The notes under the pieces were generated by a model, which saw only the letters and a list, made by a program, of their open reading frames with translations, ran no database searches and was not told where the DNA came from. 64,000 bases of DNA. It comes from Candidatus Bathyarchaeota archaeon (GTDB taxonomy: Archaea > Thermoproteota > Bathyarchaeia > Bathyarchaeales > Bathycorpusculaceae). Position 1 is the first letter of the stretch, and every line of letters begins with the position of its first letter. Positions 41,046-51,170 of this stretch are shown here, piece after piece. The DNA is taken from the NCBI GenBank assembly GCA_963733095.1, contig CAVTBV010000014.1, positions 1 through 64,000 of the forward strand, in the 5' to 3' direction. Made by a program: the position numbers and the translations under genes.

Positions 41046-41633
41046 ATGATGCAAAAACAAAGTAGTGCAAAACGAGCCTCAATAATCGCTATGACAACAG
41101 CACTATACATTGTATTCTTCTTCCTCTCATACTCCGTAACACTGCCAAACTTCACCCTCCTTTACCTGCCAATTATTCTGCTCGGTGTCTTTCCAATTTG
41201 GTTTGGCTGGAGCGGACTAGTGGGCGCAATGATCGGAGGATTCATAGGCGGCGCTTTCGTAGAAGGCTTAGGTTTTCTAGGTATATTCGAATCAGTCGTG
41301 GCGCTTATCATATACGTAATCAACTGGACACTTATTCCCAAAAAAGCCGCTGAAGATGGAAACAAACTCAACTTAATAGGTCTTTTAAGCGTGCTAACTG
41401 TGAGTTTGCTCGTTGGTACAAGCTACATTCTCCTACAATACACTGTTATGCCTCAGCTCTTCACAGTCTCAGAGTCCTTGGTCATTCTGGTTCCAACCTT
41501 CTTGATTAACCTGCCAATTGTATTGATTACTTGTCCGCTACTGATTAGAACAGTGTCTCCTAAATTAAGAACATGGGGGATGTACTCTGGGAGCTTTGCT
41601 GAATGGCGAAGTCGTAACACGAAACCAACGTAA
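41046..41633 (+). CDS. ECF S-component/QueT-like membrane protein
   Basis: IAMTTALY, FPIWFG...GAMIGG, 5-6 TMs. Confidence 0.6.
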   Translation: MMQKQSSAKRASIIAMTTALYIVFFFLSYSVTLPNFTLLYLPIILLGVFPIWFGWSGLVGAMIGGFIGGAFVEGLGFLGIFESVVALIIYVINWTLIPKKAAEDGNKLNLIGLLSVLTVSLLVGTSYILLQYTVMPQLFTVSESLVILVPTFLINLPIVLITCPLLIRTVSPKLRTWGMYSGSFAEWRSRNTKPT

Positions 41634-41713
41634 TTTTATCCAACTTTTCTTTTTTCTTAAACTTAGAAAATATTTTTAAGTTTTCGACAACTAAAGCAAC
41701 TGAGCGACAAAGC

Positions 41714-42244
41714 ATGAAAATAAGAATCCTGAAACTATCACCCGAATCCCTCGCTGGATTAATGCAAGGCAAAGCATCCACTTTTGCCTATAACTTGCCT
41801 GTCGACGCTGAAATTCTAGACATAAAAATGGACCTGTTCACTAAACAAGTTTCCATGGTGATTAGGAGCGAAAGCTTCGAAGACATTGCCGAAGCCATAC
41901 CAATTCCAGAGGTTCAAATATCAAAAATCTTAGACTCCAAGAACGAACCTCAACCAGCCACGTCACCCATAAAACCTCAAGCCATGCCATCACCTGAACC
42001 TAAATCCAACATTGCAAAGCTGCCTCAGCCCCATCCAAACCGAATGGCATCAAAAATGGAGAATGAATTCAGCCCCGAACAGCGCAAACTCCTCAGCTTT
42101 ACAGTTAAAGAAGACTGCGTCATCGTTAAGCCAGTGATGTTTTTGAAGGCTGAATGGGACGACATAAATGAGGTTGTTAAGGGCATTGGTGGTAAATGGG
42201 TTAAAGGCGACATAATCAGCTACTGGGAAATTCCTCTACAATAG
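41714..42244 (+). CDS. hypothetical two-domain protein
   Basis: Pro-rich linker; C-terminal VKGIGGKWV...YWEIP. Confidence 0.75.
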   Translation: MKIRILKLSPESLAGLMQGKASTFAYNLPVDAEILDIKMDLFTKQVSMVIRSESFEDIAEAIPIPEVQISKILDSKNEPQPATSPIKPQAMPSPEPKSNIAKLPQPHPNRMASKMENEFSPEQRKLLSFTVKEDCVIVKPVMFLKAEWDDINEVVKGIGGKWVKGDIISYWEIPLQ

Positions 42245-42318
42245 GTCGGAAAGGATTGAGTAAAAAACGAAAAAACTTTAAGCCAGAAAGGGCTAATTTG
42301 AAGGATAGTGAGCTAAAG

Positions 42319-42699
42319 ATGGAAAAAACTGATAAACCTCTAACAAGAGACGCCTTGGTCTCAATGCAAGTCATAGACGCTAAAGGGAAGCTAATGGGCA
42401 AGGTAAAGGATGTTGCTTTCGCAGTCGGAAAAATGGGCATTTCATTAACCATTGAAGATGAAAAGGGAGAACCACACAACGTTGCATGGGAAGATGTCCA
42501 AGCAGCCTCAGACTACATAATTCTAAAGCCCCAGATGGTTCTGCAAAGCACTTATCAACCACAGCAACAACCTGCTCAAACTGCAACTCAACCCGCCCAA
42601 CAGTCAACACAACCGGTTTGTCCAACATGCGGTAGACCTTTAACTTGGATTCCCCAATACCAACGATGGTACTGCTACAACGACAAAAAATACGTTTAA
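42319..42699 (+). CDS. PRC-barrel protein with Q-rich linker and Zn ribbon
   Basis: VIDAKGKLMGKVKDV; CPTCGRPLTWIPQYQRWYCYND. Confidence 0.82.
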   Translation: MEKTDKPLTRDALVSMQVIDAKGKLMGKVKDVAFAVGKMGISLTIEDEKGEPHNVAWEDVQAASDYIILKPQMVLQSTYQPQQQPAQTATQPAQQSTQPVCPTCGRPLTWIPQYQRWYCYNDKKYV

Positions 42700-42807
42700 A
42701 CGCATTTAATTCAATATTTTTATTATTACTTTTTTTTATTCCAGACATCAACAGTGGCAACCTCGTGTGTGAGGTTGCTTCAGTTCAGTTGCCGTGACAG
42801 TTTGGAT

Positions 42808-43719
42808 TTAAGCGCCTAGCAACTTGAGGAAAATTGCCTTAGCAGAGTATAATCGGTTTTCTGCCTGTTCATAAATCACCGCCATAGGGTTCTCGATGGC
42901 TTCTGCGCTTATTTCATATTCCCGGTGAATAGGCATGTCATGCATTATGAAGGCGTTGCTGTCCTTTAGCAGTTGAGCGTTGATTTGGTAGGGCATCATG
43001 AGTTTTATGCGCTTTTCTTTTTCTTGGGCAAACTTTGGGTCTGTGAAGAACTCCATATCAATCCAGGTGTCGGTGTAAACAAAATCTGCCTCCTTAACAG
43101 CCTTCTTTACGTCTAAGGTAGATCGCCAAAGCCCTGTCTCTCTTGCTTCATTAAGCAACTCCTCATCTCTTGCCGCTTCATTAAAAATCGGAGTAACTGT
43201 GGTTATCTCGATGCCTGTTTTGGTGCAGCCTTCGATAAGTGAGTTAGTTACGTTGTTGTGGACGCCGATATAAACGAGTTTGGCGCCTTCTAATTTACCA
43301 TGTTTTTCTTTGATTGTAATTAGATCTGCTAAAGCTTGGCTGGGATGGTACTTCTCGTCGCAACCATTTATTACGGGAACACGCGAAGCATGTGCCATCT
43401 TGAGCAAATCTGAATCGCACAGTAACCGAGCCATGATGCAATCAACATTACGCGACAAATACTGCAATTCGTCAGTTATGTCGGCTAAGGCAAAGTTGGT
43501 TGTTCGCCAATCAATGTACAAAGCGTGTCCGCCCAGCTGAGTCATGGCAACCTCAAACGAAACTCTTGTTCGAGTAGATGTTTTTTGGAAAATCAACGCT
43601 GCAGATTTGCCCTCAAAGGCTTTAAGGTATTTATTGGGGTTTCTTTTAACTTCGATGCCTAAATCAACGAGTGAACCAAGATCTTTGCGGGCTAATTCTT
43701 TGAAGTTAATCAGATGCAT
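42808..43719 (-). CDS. argF: ornithine carbamoyltransferase
   Basis: FQKTSTRTRVSFE, HPSQALAD, MHDMP, QAENR. Confidence 0.93.
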   Translation of the reverse strand: MHLINFKELARKDLGSLVDLGIEVKRNPNKYLKAFEGKSAALIFQKTSTRTRVSFEVAMTQLGGHALYIDWRTTNFALADITDELQYLSRNVDCIMARLLCDSDLLKMAHASRVPVINGCDEKYHPSQALADLITIKEKHGKLEGAKLVYIGVHNNVTNSLIEGCTKTGIEITTVTPIFNEAARDEELLNEARETGLWRSTLDVKKAVKEADFVYTDTWIDMEFFTDPKFAQEKEKRIKLMMPYQINAQLLKDSNAFIMHDMPIHREYEISAEAIENPMAVIYEQAENRLYSAKAIFLKLLGA

Positions 43720-43821
43720 TTTTTCTGTGCCTTCAACAGACGCAAAGCCAAACCTTCAATTATAAGCTTTATGCAAAAACTTTTTCCAGAACGAAAGTGC
43801 TTCACTGTAAGGGAACAACCG

Positions 43822-44646
43822 ATGATTCTGATAGTAGCTTCAAACAAAGATGTTGCAAGTCTAAACATCAAAGAAAAAATCCTGAGGCGTTACCCATTCA
43901 GTAAGATGGCACAAATCTTCCAGGAAAATCCCATGTACTCTGCAGATATAAACAGCAAAAAAGTGGCTCTAATAACTTTAAACGAAGAATCAGTTAAAGC
44001 CCAAAACCTACCTGAAAAGTTCCCTGACGCAGACTTAATAGTTTTCATTTCGAGACATAGCAGCCAAAGCGGCAGACCAACCCTCTCAGTTCATACACCG
44101 GGAAACTTTGGAGATGCAGAACTTGGCGGATTACCCAAAACGGTCTCAGTTTCTCCCGCCTGCGCAATGCAAACCGCCCTAAAAGCCCTCATGCACTACA
44201 AAGAAACTCTAAGACTAAACTACGACGTATCTTTCGAGTGTACGCATCATGGTCCAAGCTTAAAAATCCCAACGATGTTTGTAGAACTTGGCAGTTCAGA
44301 AGCCCAATGGAGTGACTTGAAAGCAGCAGAAGCCGTTGCTCACTCTGCGATGGCTGCAATTGCGAACTTTTCCGTGACTTCCAACTTGGCTGTTTTAGGC
44401 ATAGGCGGAACTCACTACAACCAGCGTTTTACGCTGATGGCTTTGATGGGCGAGGCAACTTTCGGTCACATGGTTCCCAAGTACACTGTTTCCCTTGTCG
44501 ATTCTGAGGTTTTGAAGCAGTGTGTGGAGCGGACTTTTGAGAAAGTGCCGTTGGCGATTCTGGATTGGAAAGGCATCAGAAGCGAAGATAAGCCCAACTT
44601 GTTGTCCGCGTTGGAGACGGCTGGGTTGCCCTACAAAAAGGTATAG
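43822..44646 (+). CDS. dtdA: D-aminoacyl-tRNA deacylase (archaeal DTD2)
   Basis: SRHSS, LSVHTPGN, ECTHHGP, FVELGS, GIGGTHY. Confidence 0.92.
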   Translation: MILIVASNKDVASLNIKEKILRRYPFSKMAQIFQENPMYSADINSKKVALITLNEESVKAQNLPEKFPDADLIVFISRHSSQSGRPTLSVHTPGNFGDAELGGLPKTVSVSPACAMQTALKALMHYKETLRLNYDVSFECTHHGPSLKIPTMFVELGSSEAQWSDLKAAEAVAHSAMAAIANFSVTSNLAVLGIGGTHYNQRFTLMALMGEATFGHMVPKYTVSLVDSEVLKQCVERTFEKVPLAILDWKGIRSEDKPNLLSALETAGLPYKKV

Positions 44647-44757
44647 GACTTATCTTGTGTAAGGAACGTTTAAAAGGCTTGATACAGTAGTTTTTTAAAC
44701 TAAAAAGTTACAGTAACGTTTATTATATAATAGTGAAATGTTGAGTGTGCGGTAAAT

Positions 44758-44934
44758 ATGGGTATAAAATCTTGGCTAACACAAGCAGCAAGAACCTTAA
44801 AACTATCCGTTAAACCGGATCGTGAAGAGCTATGGCTCTCGATAAAAATCAGCTTCTTAGGTATAGGTGCAGTCGGCTTAATCGGCTTCGTAATTAAACT
44901 CATAGCCACTACAGTTAACCCATCAGGCGCGTAG
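44758..44934 (+). CDS. secE: protein translocase SecE/Sec61-gamma
   Basis: RTLKLSVKPDREEL...GIGAVGLIGFVIKLI; directly upstream of spt5; not in the ORF track. Confidence 0.9.
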   Translation: MGIKSWLTQAARTLKLSVKPDREELWLSIKISFLGIGAVGLIGFVIKLIATTVNPSGA

Positions 44935-44945
44935 AAGGCAATCCA

Positions 44946-45416
44946 ATGGACAAAAAAGAAGAGCTAAATCAAGTAAAAATTTTTGTTGTCAAAACAACAA
45001 CCGGTCAAGAACGTAACGTAGCGCGCTTAATCGCTTCAAAAGTAGACATGGCTCATATTCCCATAAAGGCTCTTCTCGTTCCAGATACACTCAAAGGCTA
45101 CGTATTCATTGAAGCAGACGGACCACACCTTGTCGAAGAAGCAATCACAGGCGTCAGACATGTCCGATCCAGAATTCCCGGACTCGTGAGTTTCGCAGAG
45201 ATTGAACGGTACATAGTGCGTAAACCAGTCATGGAAGACCTTAACGAAGACGACGTCGTCGAAATTACTGGTGGACCCTTCAAAGGCATGCGTGCTAAAA
45301 TCACAAGACTCGACAAGGCAAAAGCCGAAGTTACCCTCGAACTGCTCGAGGCAACATTCACTTTGCCAATCACAGTACATTCAGACTATGTAAAACTAGT
45401 TGAAAAAGCAAAATAA
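44946..45416 (+). CDS. spt5: transcription elongation factor Spt5
   Basis: KTTTGQE, LKGYVFIEA, KOW motif VEITGGPFKG. Confidence 0.96.
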   Translation: MDKKEELNQVKIFVVKTTTGQERNVARLIASKVDMAHIPIKALLVPDTLKGYVFIEADGPHLVEEAITGVRHVRSRIPGLVSFAEIERYIVRKPVMEDLNEDDVVEITGGPFKGMRAKITRLDKAKAEVTLELLEATFTLPITVHSDYVKLVEKAK

Positions 45417-45429
45417 ACGGTGAAACAAA

Positions 45430-45921
45430 ATGGCAGATAAAAAAGTTGTAGAATTGATCGTCAGCGGCGGACAAGCCAATGCAGGTCCACCATTAGGTCC
45501 AGCTCTTGGCCCATTAGGCGTCAACATAGTGGCTATTGTCAACAAAATCAACGAAATCACGAAAGAATACGCTGGGATGAAAGTTCCAGTAAAAATCAGT
45601 GTTGATACCGAAGACAAAACCTTCGAGGTTACCGTTGGCACACCTACCGCATCAGCACTTATAGTTGCTGAACTCAAAGTTGAGAAAGGTTCAGGTACAC
45701 CCAACTCTGTCAAAATTGGCGACTTATCCATGGAGCAAATCTTGAAGATTGCAAAAATTAAAGGTCCTCAACTGTTAGCTCCAACTGTCAAGAAAGCAAC
45801 TAAAGAGTTGCTCGGCACCTGCGTAAGCTTAGGCGTTACCGTAGAAGGCAAAGATCCCCGAGACGTCCAGAAAGACATAGACGCTGGCAACTATGAACAA
45901 CTATTCGGTACTGAACAATGA
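45430..45921 (+). CDS. rpl11: 50S ribosomal protein L11
   Basis: GPPLGPALGPLG, GMKVPV, GTCVSLG. Confidence 0.97.
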   Translation: MADKKVVELIVSGGQANAGPPLGPALGPLGVNIVAIVNKINEITKEYAGMKVPVKISVDTEDKTFEVTVGTPTASALIVAELKVEKGSGTPNSVKIGDLSMEQILKIAKIKGPQLLAPTVKKATKELLGTCVSLGVTVEGKDPRDVQKDIDAGNYEQLFGTEQ

Positions 45922-45976
45922 TAAGCGAATATTTTTATAATGGGTTTCTTATCCCTCATTGGCACGAGGCTTAAAA

Positions 45977-46630
45977 ATGCCCCTAGACACCAAGACTATA
46001 TCAGAAGCAATTAAACAGGCAAAGGCAAAGTCTGGACAGAAAAAATTTAACCAGGCTGTAGACTTGATCCTCGACATTGTTGAGATCGATATGAAGTCGC
46101 CAGAAGGCAAAATTCAAGAGATTGTTGAACTTCCTCATATAACAGCTAAACCAAACAAAATCTGTGTTGTTGCTTCCAGTGGGGACTTTGTTGTTAAAGC
46201 GAAGAATTCTCAAGCTGACAAAGTAATTGAACGCGCAGACTTAGATGCGTTAAACGGCAAGAAGAAAGAGCTACGCAAACTCGCCACTGAATATGACGTT
46301 TTCATCTGCGAAGCTCCCCTTATGCCGCTCGTAGGCAAAACGCTCGGTCCAGTTTTAGGTCCAAGAGGAAAGATGCCTATTCCAGTTCCGCCAAACGCAG
46401 ACATCGCCTCTTTAATTAACAAACACCGCAAAACCGTGGTTGTCCGTATGCGAAGTCAACCAATCATTCAAGTTTCCGTCGGCTCCGAGCAGATGAAAGA
46501 TGAAGAACTTGTCGATAACACCATGACTGTTCTCCGTATGTTAGATGGAAAATTGAAACGTGGCTTGAAAAACGTAAAGTACGCTTTCATCAAGACATCC
46601 ATGGGTGAACCAGTCAAAATTAAAGCTTAA
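45977..46630 (+). CDS. rpl1: 50S ribosomal protein L1
   Basis: LGPVLGPRGKMP, KTSMG. Confidence 0.97.
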   Translation: MPLDTKTISEAIKQAKAKSGQKKFNQAVDLILDIVEIDMKSPEGKIQEIVELPHITAKPNKICVVASSGDFVVKAKNSQADKVIERADLDALNGKKKELRKLATEYDVFICEAPLMPLVGKTLGPVLGPRGKMPIPVPPNADIASLINKHRKTVVVRMRSQPIIQVSVGSEQMKDEELVDNTMTVLRMLDGKLKRGLKNVKYAFIKTSMGEPVKIKA

Positions 46631-46645
46631 ACGAGAAGAACAAAC

Positions 46646-47512
46646 ATGCCATCCCAACAAGTATTAGAAGCAAAATCAACCGAAGTAGAATCGATAAAAG
46701 ACATACTTAAAGAGTACAAATCCATCGGCATCGCCAGTCTCCAAAAGGTTCGCGCTTCGCAACTTCAGGAACTCAAGAAAAGCATGGCAGGCAAAGTCTA
46801 CCTCCGCGTCCTTAAGAATACGCTAATCAAACTCGCATTAGACCAAATGAACCAAACTGAACTCAAGAAGCTTGAGGATTACTTGGAAGGATCAAACGTT
46901 TTCTTATTCACTGACCTCAACCCCTTCAAGTTGGCATTGTTGCTGGAACGCGGCAAAGTTAAAACAACCGCCAAGTCAGGCGACATAGCCGCGATGGATG
47001 TAGTTATCCCAGCGGGAAACACAGGTCAACCTCCCGGACCAGTCATCAGCCAACTCAACGCAGTCGGATTACCCACAAGAATAGAGTCAGGCAGCGTCTG
47101 GATCAGCAAAGACACCCTAGTTGTCCGTCGAGGCGAAATCATCAACGAACGACTCGCAGGCGTCCTCTCAAAACTAGGCATAAAAGCAGTCGAACTCGGC
47201 ATATCCATGCGCGCAGTCTTCGACAACGGCATGATTATAACCGGAGAACAACTCAAAGTTGACGTTGACGCAACACGCAAGAGCGTTCAAGCAAGCAACT
47301 CAGAAGCTTTCGCATTAGCCCTTGAAATAGGCTACGCAAGCAAAGACACCATCAAACCACTGCTACAACGAGCACACCAGAAAGCAGTCGCACTATCCAT
47401 AAGCGCAACCATACCCACAAAAGATACCATAGCAGACATTATCCGCAAAGCCAATGCAGAAATGACCAGCCTAAACGGCGCGGTCGAAAAGGTTAAGCCT
47501 AAAACAGCTTAA
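46646..47512 (+). CDS. rplP0: 50S ribosomal protein L10/P0
   Basis: KNTL, TDLNPFKL, GNTGQPPGP. Confidence 0.95.
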   Translation: MPSQQVLEAKSTEVESIKDILKEYKSIGIASLQKVRASQLQELKKSMAGKVYLRVLKNTLIKLALDQMNQTELKKLEDYLEGSNVFLFTDLNPFKLALLLERGKVKTTAKSGDIAAMDVVIPAGNTGQPPGPVISQLNAVGLPTRIESGSVWISKDTLVVRRGEIINERLAGVLSKLGIKAVELGISMRAVFDNGMIITGEQLKVDVDATRKSVQASNSEAFALALEIGYASKDTIKPLLQRAHQKAVALSISATIPTKDTIADIIRKANAEMTSLNGAVEKVKPKTA

Positions 47513-47739
47513 ACTCTTTTTCACCCCATTATTAATATTAAAGCGACCATTTTTTGTTTTTTATTATCAGATTTTTTGCGTCAAGTATCTTGTGCTCATT
47601 TAAAGTGATTGGTAATTTTTTCCTCATGTTTAGTTGCACTTAATTGTTGCAGTGCAGAACGGTTTGGCTGAATCTGGGTTTGGGAATAAAGGTTATGTAG
47701 GTAGACCTGTTTTGCTAGATTATTAGGGAGAAGTTTTTT

Positions 47740-48378
47740 ATGAGGTGTTTGAAGAGTTTTGCTCAGGGTTTTCTGGTTGCAAGCGGGTTAATCTGGGTAT
47801 TCAACATAGCCTCGCTTATCCAAGGCGGAGATGCATGGCTGGGCTTGATGTACCTTCTAATTTTACTCATCCCAATATCCAGCTTAACTGTTCTTAGACT
47901 AAAAAACCAAAACCGCCCTCAACAAGCAGATACAAAGAAATGGCGTAACCTGCTGTTCTCCTTCCAAGGCGTCGCCTTAGGGTTCTGGATGTTTGACATC
48001 CTGACGACTTTTTACGCCATAAATGTTACTGGATTAGCATTCGAGCTTAATCCTTTGGGGTGGCCTTGGGGCATTTTAGGTGCTTTTGCCTTTTTTGGTC
48101 CAGCTTTGGTGTTCTCGTATGTTTTACTATTTAGAATGAAAGACAAATTCTCCTTGTATGTAGCAGTTCCCTTGATGATGTTGACGTTGGGGATGGGTTC
48201 GATGAATTTGGTGGCGGGTGCGCAGAACTTTCAAGTGTTCGTTGACACCGCTGTCCTTGCAAGTGGAGTGCACTTTGGCTTGTTAGCATTAATTGTTGGG
48301 GCAAATTTAGCGGTTCCGTTAGCGTTGAGCCGTATGGTTACTCAGCCTAAACCAAGTTTGAGCCTAAAGAAACTTTAA
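47740..48378 (+). CDS. membrane protein (DUF5658-like)
   Basis: DILTT...ELNPL, about 6 TMs. Confidence 0.65.
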   Translation: MRCLKSFAQGFLVASGLIWVFNIASLIQGGDAWLGLMYLLILLIPISSLTVLRLKNQNRPQQADTKKWRNLLFSFQGVALGFWMFDILTTFYAINVTGLAFELNPLGWPWGILGAFAFFGPALVFSYVLLFRMKDKFSLYVAVPLMMLTLGMGSMNLVAGAQNFQVFVDTAVLASGVHFGLLALIVGANLAVPLALSRMVTQPKPSLSLKKL

Positions 48379-48507
48379 TTTGCTTGTGCACCGAAAATTA
48401 AACTGCTACAGCAGTTTAGCGGTTGCAGATGTAGTCTCAGGCTGTAACCACATTATCTTATATATTTTACAAGGTAACTCTTTTCTGAGAAAGAAGAAGG
48501 CGCCCCG

Positions 48508-48606
48508 AAAATAGGTGAGCGGTTCTGACTTTTGCGGAAGCAAGTGAGGTTTTTGCATTTTTCTCCCCTTAACTTCTGTTCGCATAGGTCAGACTGCCAC
48601 TATTTT
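48508..48606. other. ~100-nt imperfect hairpin between convergent genes (ncRNA or MITE candidate)
   Basis: AAAATAG-GTG-GCGG-TCTGACT-TGCGGA ... TTCGCA-GGTCAGA-CTGC-CAC-TATTTT. Confidence 0.5.
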
Positions 48607-48656
48607 ATCCCGATTAACTTATATCGGAATTTTTTTGTGTGAAACTTATGATGTGT

Positions 48657-49133
48657 TTAGAGTCTTTTTGTCATGACGTATGCGTCTTCGCCGTCTGAGT
48701 AGTAGCCGTTGATTGTTCTGGTAACTTCAAACCCTATTTTCTTGTAGAGTGTTATGCCAGCTTCGTTTGTTACACGTACTTCTAAAAAGCCCTGTTTTGC
48801 CTTGTAGTACTCCATGCCTTCCAGAGCCCTTTTGATTAATGCTGTAGCCACACCTTTGCGTCGGCTCTGCGGCAACACTGCAATAGAAACCACATGTCCC
48901 TTGCGAATTAAGCCGCCAAACCCAAAATTAGACAACCCAACTTCGATACGGCACATGATGTACCCTGACACTTTTCCATCTTCTTCAGCTACGATGAAGG
49001 TTTCTGGGAACCTTTGATGTAAATCTACGAAGAAGAAGTCAGTATAGTTTTCTGGGAGGCAGACGCGGTTGATTTGCATTACGCTCTGCAGGTCGTCAGG
49101 TATAAATTTTCGCAGCGTGAAGGTCTGTTGCAT
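48657..49133 (-). CDS. ard1: N-terminal acetyltransferase, Ard1/RimI family
   Basis: CLPENY, GHVVSIAV, LEVRVTN, YYSDGEDAY. Confidence 0.92.
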   Translation of the reverse strand: MQQTFTLRKFIPDDLQSVMQINRVCLPENYTDFFFVDLHQRFPETFIVAEEDGKVSGYIMCRIEVGLSNFGFGGLIRKGHVVSIAVLPQSRRKGVATALIKRALEGMEYYKAKQGFLEVRVTNEAGITLYKKIGFEVTRTINGYYSDGEDAYVMTKRL

Positions 49134-49230
49134 CTTTTCGCCTTGCCTAAACCAAATTTCAGTGTTGAAACTTAAAGGTTACGCTTTAAAGCTTTACCGC
49201 TCGCTTCCCATGTGGCTTGGGCAGGTGCAG

Positions 49231-50514
49231 TTAGGTTTTTGTTTCTTCAGGCGACTTATACAAAGCTAGCGTGTAGCTGCCATATGGCATTGCCCAAACT
49301 CGGGAAGCTGAACCCGCGATTTTGAGTGCTTCTGTTAAGGCGTCGTTTATGGCTCGTGCGGTTTTGAGTTTAAAGATGCTTGTTGCGTAGTAATCTGGTA
49401 GGGAAGAAACCAAAATTATCTGATGGTTCTGCAGCGCCTTTAGGAGGTAGTAGGCTTTGTGTCCGCCCAAAACAAAGTTGCGTTTAACCTCACGCTCCAC
49501 ATTCTTGAGGTCGGATAGCCTTGTCATCCAATCGTAGAATACTTGGTTGCCATGTCCTTCAGGGCATTCAGCTACAAGAATGATTACTCCCCCCCGCTTA
49601 ACCGCATCCAAGGAGTTGTCTAAGCCCTTAAGAGCTTGATACAGACTAATGTCCGCTGGGTAACCGCCTGAACTTACAACGATGATGTCTGAACGTCGAT
49701 CCACTGTCACGCGGAACATTTCGTCCACGAGCTTTACAGCCTCCAAAAATGCCGCTTCTAAATCGCCCGCGAAGGCTTTAACGACTTCGCCCTTCCGGTT
49801 TGCCACGACATTAACGATAAAATCAACTTTTGCCAACCGCGCCGCTTCAGTCATATCCACATGAACAGGATTATCCTCTAAATTCCCTGCCCGCGCACCA
49901 GAATGAACTAGCAACGCATGGTTTTGCCTGATTGTTTCTTCGCCGCAAACAGCTGGCAACACGCTTTTTCTGCCGCCACCGTAACCCGCATAATAGTGAA
50001 AGTTCACATCACCCAAAAGCACCTTCACATCCGCCTCGGCAAAAACGCGGTTCACATACACTTTGTTGCCATGCGTCTTAGTCGTGCCTACATTAACAAG
50101 GTCTGGGGCGCGAAAATCATGACTAATCGCCTTCACACGTTTGAGCACTTCTGCTCCAATCAGCGCCTCGGTTTCTTCAGGCTTAACAGCCCTGTGTGTT
50201 CCGCATCCAAAAATAATCGTCACATTCTCGTCTTTGACGCCTGCCGCGTTGAGTTCGGCAAGGACCGGCAAAAGCATGGCCTCACTTGGCGTCTTACGCG
50301 TTAAATCATCCACAACGATGGCAACCTTGCCCTCCGCCTTAACAATCTCTTTTAGCAGTTTGGAGCCTATAGGTTCCTTTAGCGCCCGCTCAACCTCAGC
50401 CTTCGCATCTGCCGTAGCCGGCTGCTCTTTAGGCTCAACTGTACCAAGCAAGTTCCGGGCTGGAACACGCACGCACACGTCGGTTTTTCCGTAAGGGAGC
50501 CAAACATCAACCAT
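49231..50514 (-). CDS. larA: nickel-dependent lactate racemase family protein
   Basis: ALKEPIG, DDLTRKTP, GTHR, HYYAGYGGGRKS, GGYPAD, GGHK. Confidence 0.9.
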   Translation of the reverse strand: MVDVWLPYGKTDVCVRVPARNLLGTVEPKEQPATADAKAEVERALKEPIGSKLLKEIVKAEGKVAIVVDDLTRKTPSEAMLLPVLAELNAAGVKDENVTIIFGCGTHRAVKPEETEALIGAEVLKRVKAISHDFRAPDLVNVGTTKTHGNKVYVNRVFAEADVKVLLGDVNFHYYAGYGGGRKSVLPAVCGEETIRQNHALLVHSGARAGNLEDNPVHVDMTEAARLAKVDFIVNVVANRKGEVVKAFAGDLEAAFLEAVKLVDEMFRVTVDRRSDIIVVSSGGYPADISLYQALKGLDNSLDAVKRGGVIILVAECPEGHGNQVFYDWMTRLSDLKNVEREVKRNFVLGGHKAYYLLKALQNHQIILVSSLPDYYATSIFKLKTARAINDALTEALKIAGSASRVWAMPYGSYTLALYKSPEETKT

Positions 50515-51170
50515 GCCAAGTCACACTAACCAATTTATCATGTACTCGACACAAGAAACTATTAAGCCTTATCAAAAAAGTTCAGTTAAGTCTTGTCGGT
50601 TAGGGGGTTCATGTAAACTTTCGTCTGTTTCATACACATGTTCCGACTATAAACACTAAACCACCGGAACCAAAAATAGAAGGAATAAGCAAATTTTACC
50701 ATATTTATTGGGTTACCGCCAAATATTGTACACGTCAATATTTCTCTGTTAGCGTTAAGTTGATTGTTTTCTTAAGTCTTTCTATCAATAGTTAAGTATG
50801 GGGATAGCGGTTTATTGATTGTCAAGTTAACTACGCATCTTTTTGCTTGCGTTTTGTATAGGGGGTATCCATTTGTTTTCTCCTTCCAATCTAATGCCGC
50901 ACGATTCTGATCGGGTCTTGCCATCTAACTTACCATTCGGGGAAAACTATTCCTCCATTCCATATTTGTATCCTAATACCCGACCATTGCACTGTAACTA
51001 TAGAGAGGTAGCCCTGCACGAACCTATTAAGACCATATAGTGGGTCTATGTTGAAACTATAGAGGGGTAGATCGTATTGGCATTTTCTGTGCTACTAGAA
51101 TGTTGAGAAATAAAGGATACGCAACTTCTTTTAAACGCACCTCGCATAGTAGTTCTTGAGGAATCAAGTT

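Noticed and set aside
50520-51150. Replication origin
   Set aside because: No recognisable ORB consensus and no cdc6/orc1 nearby.
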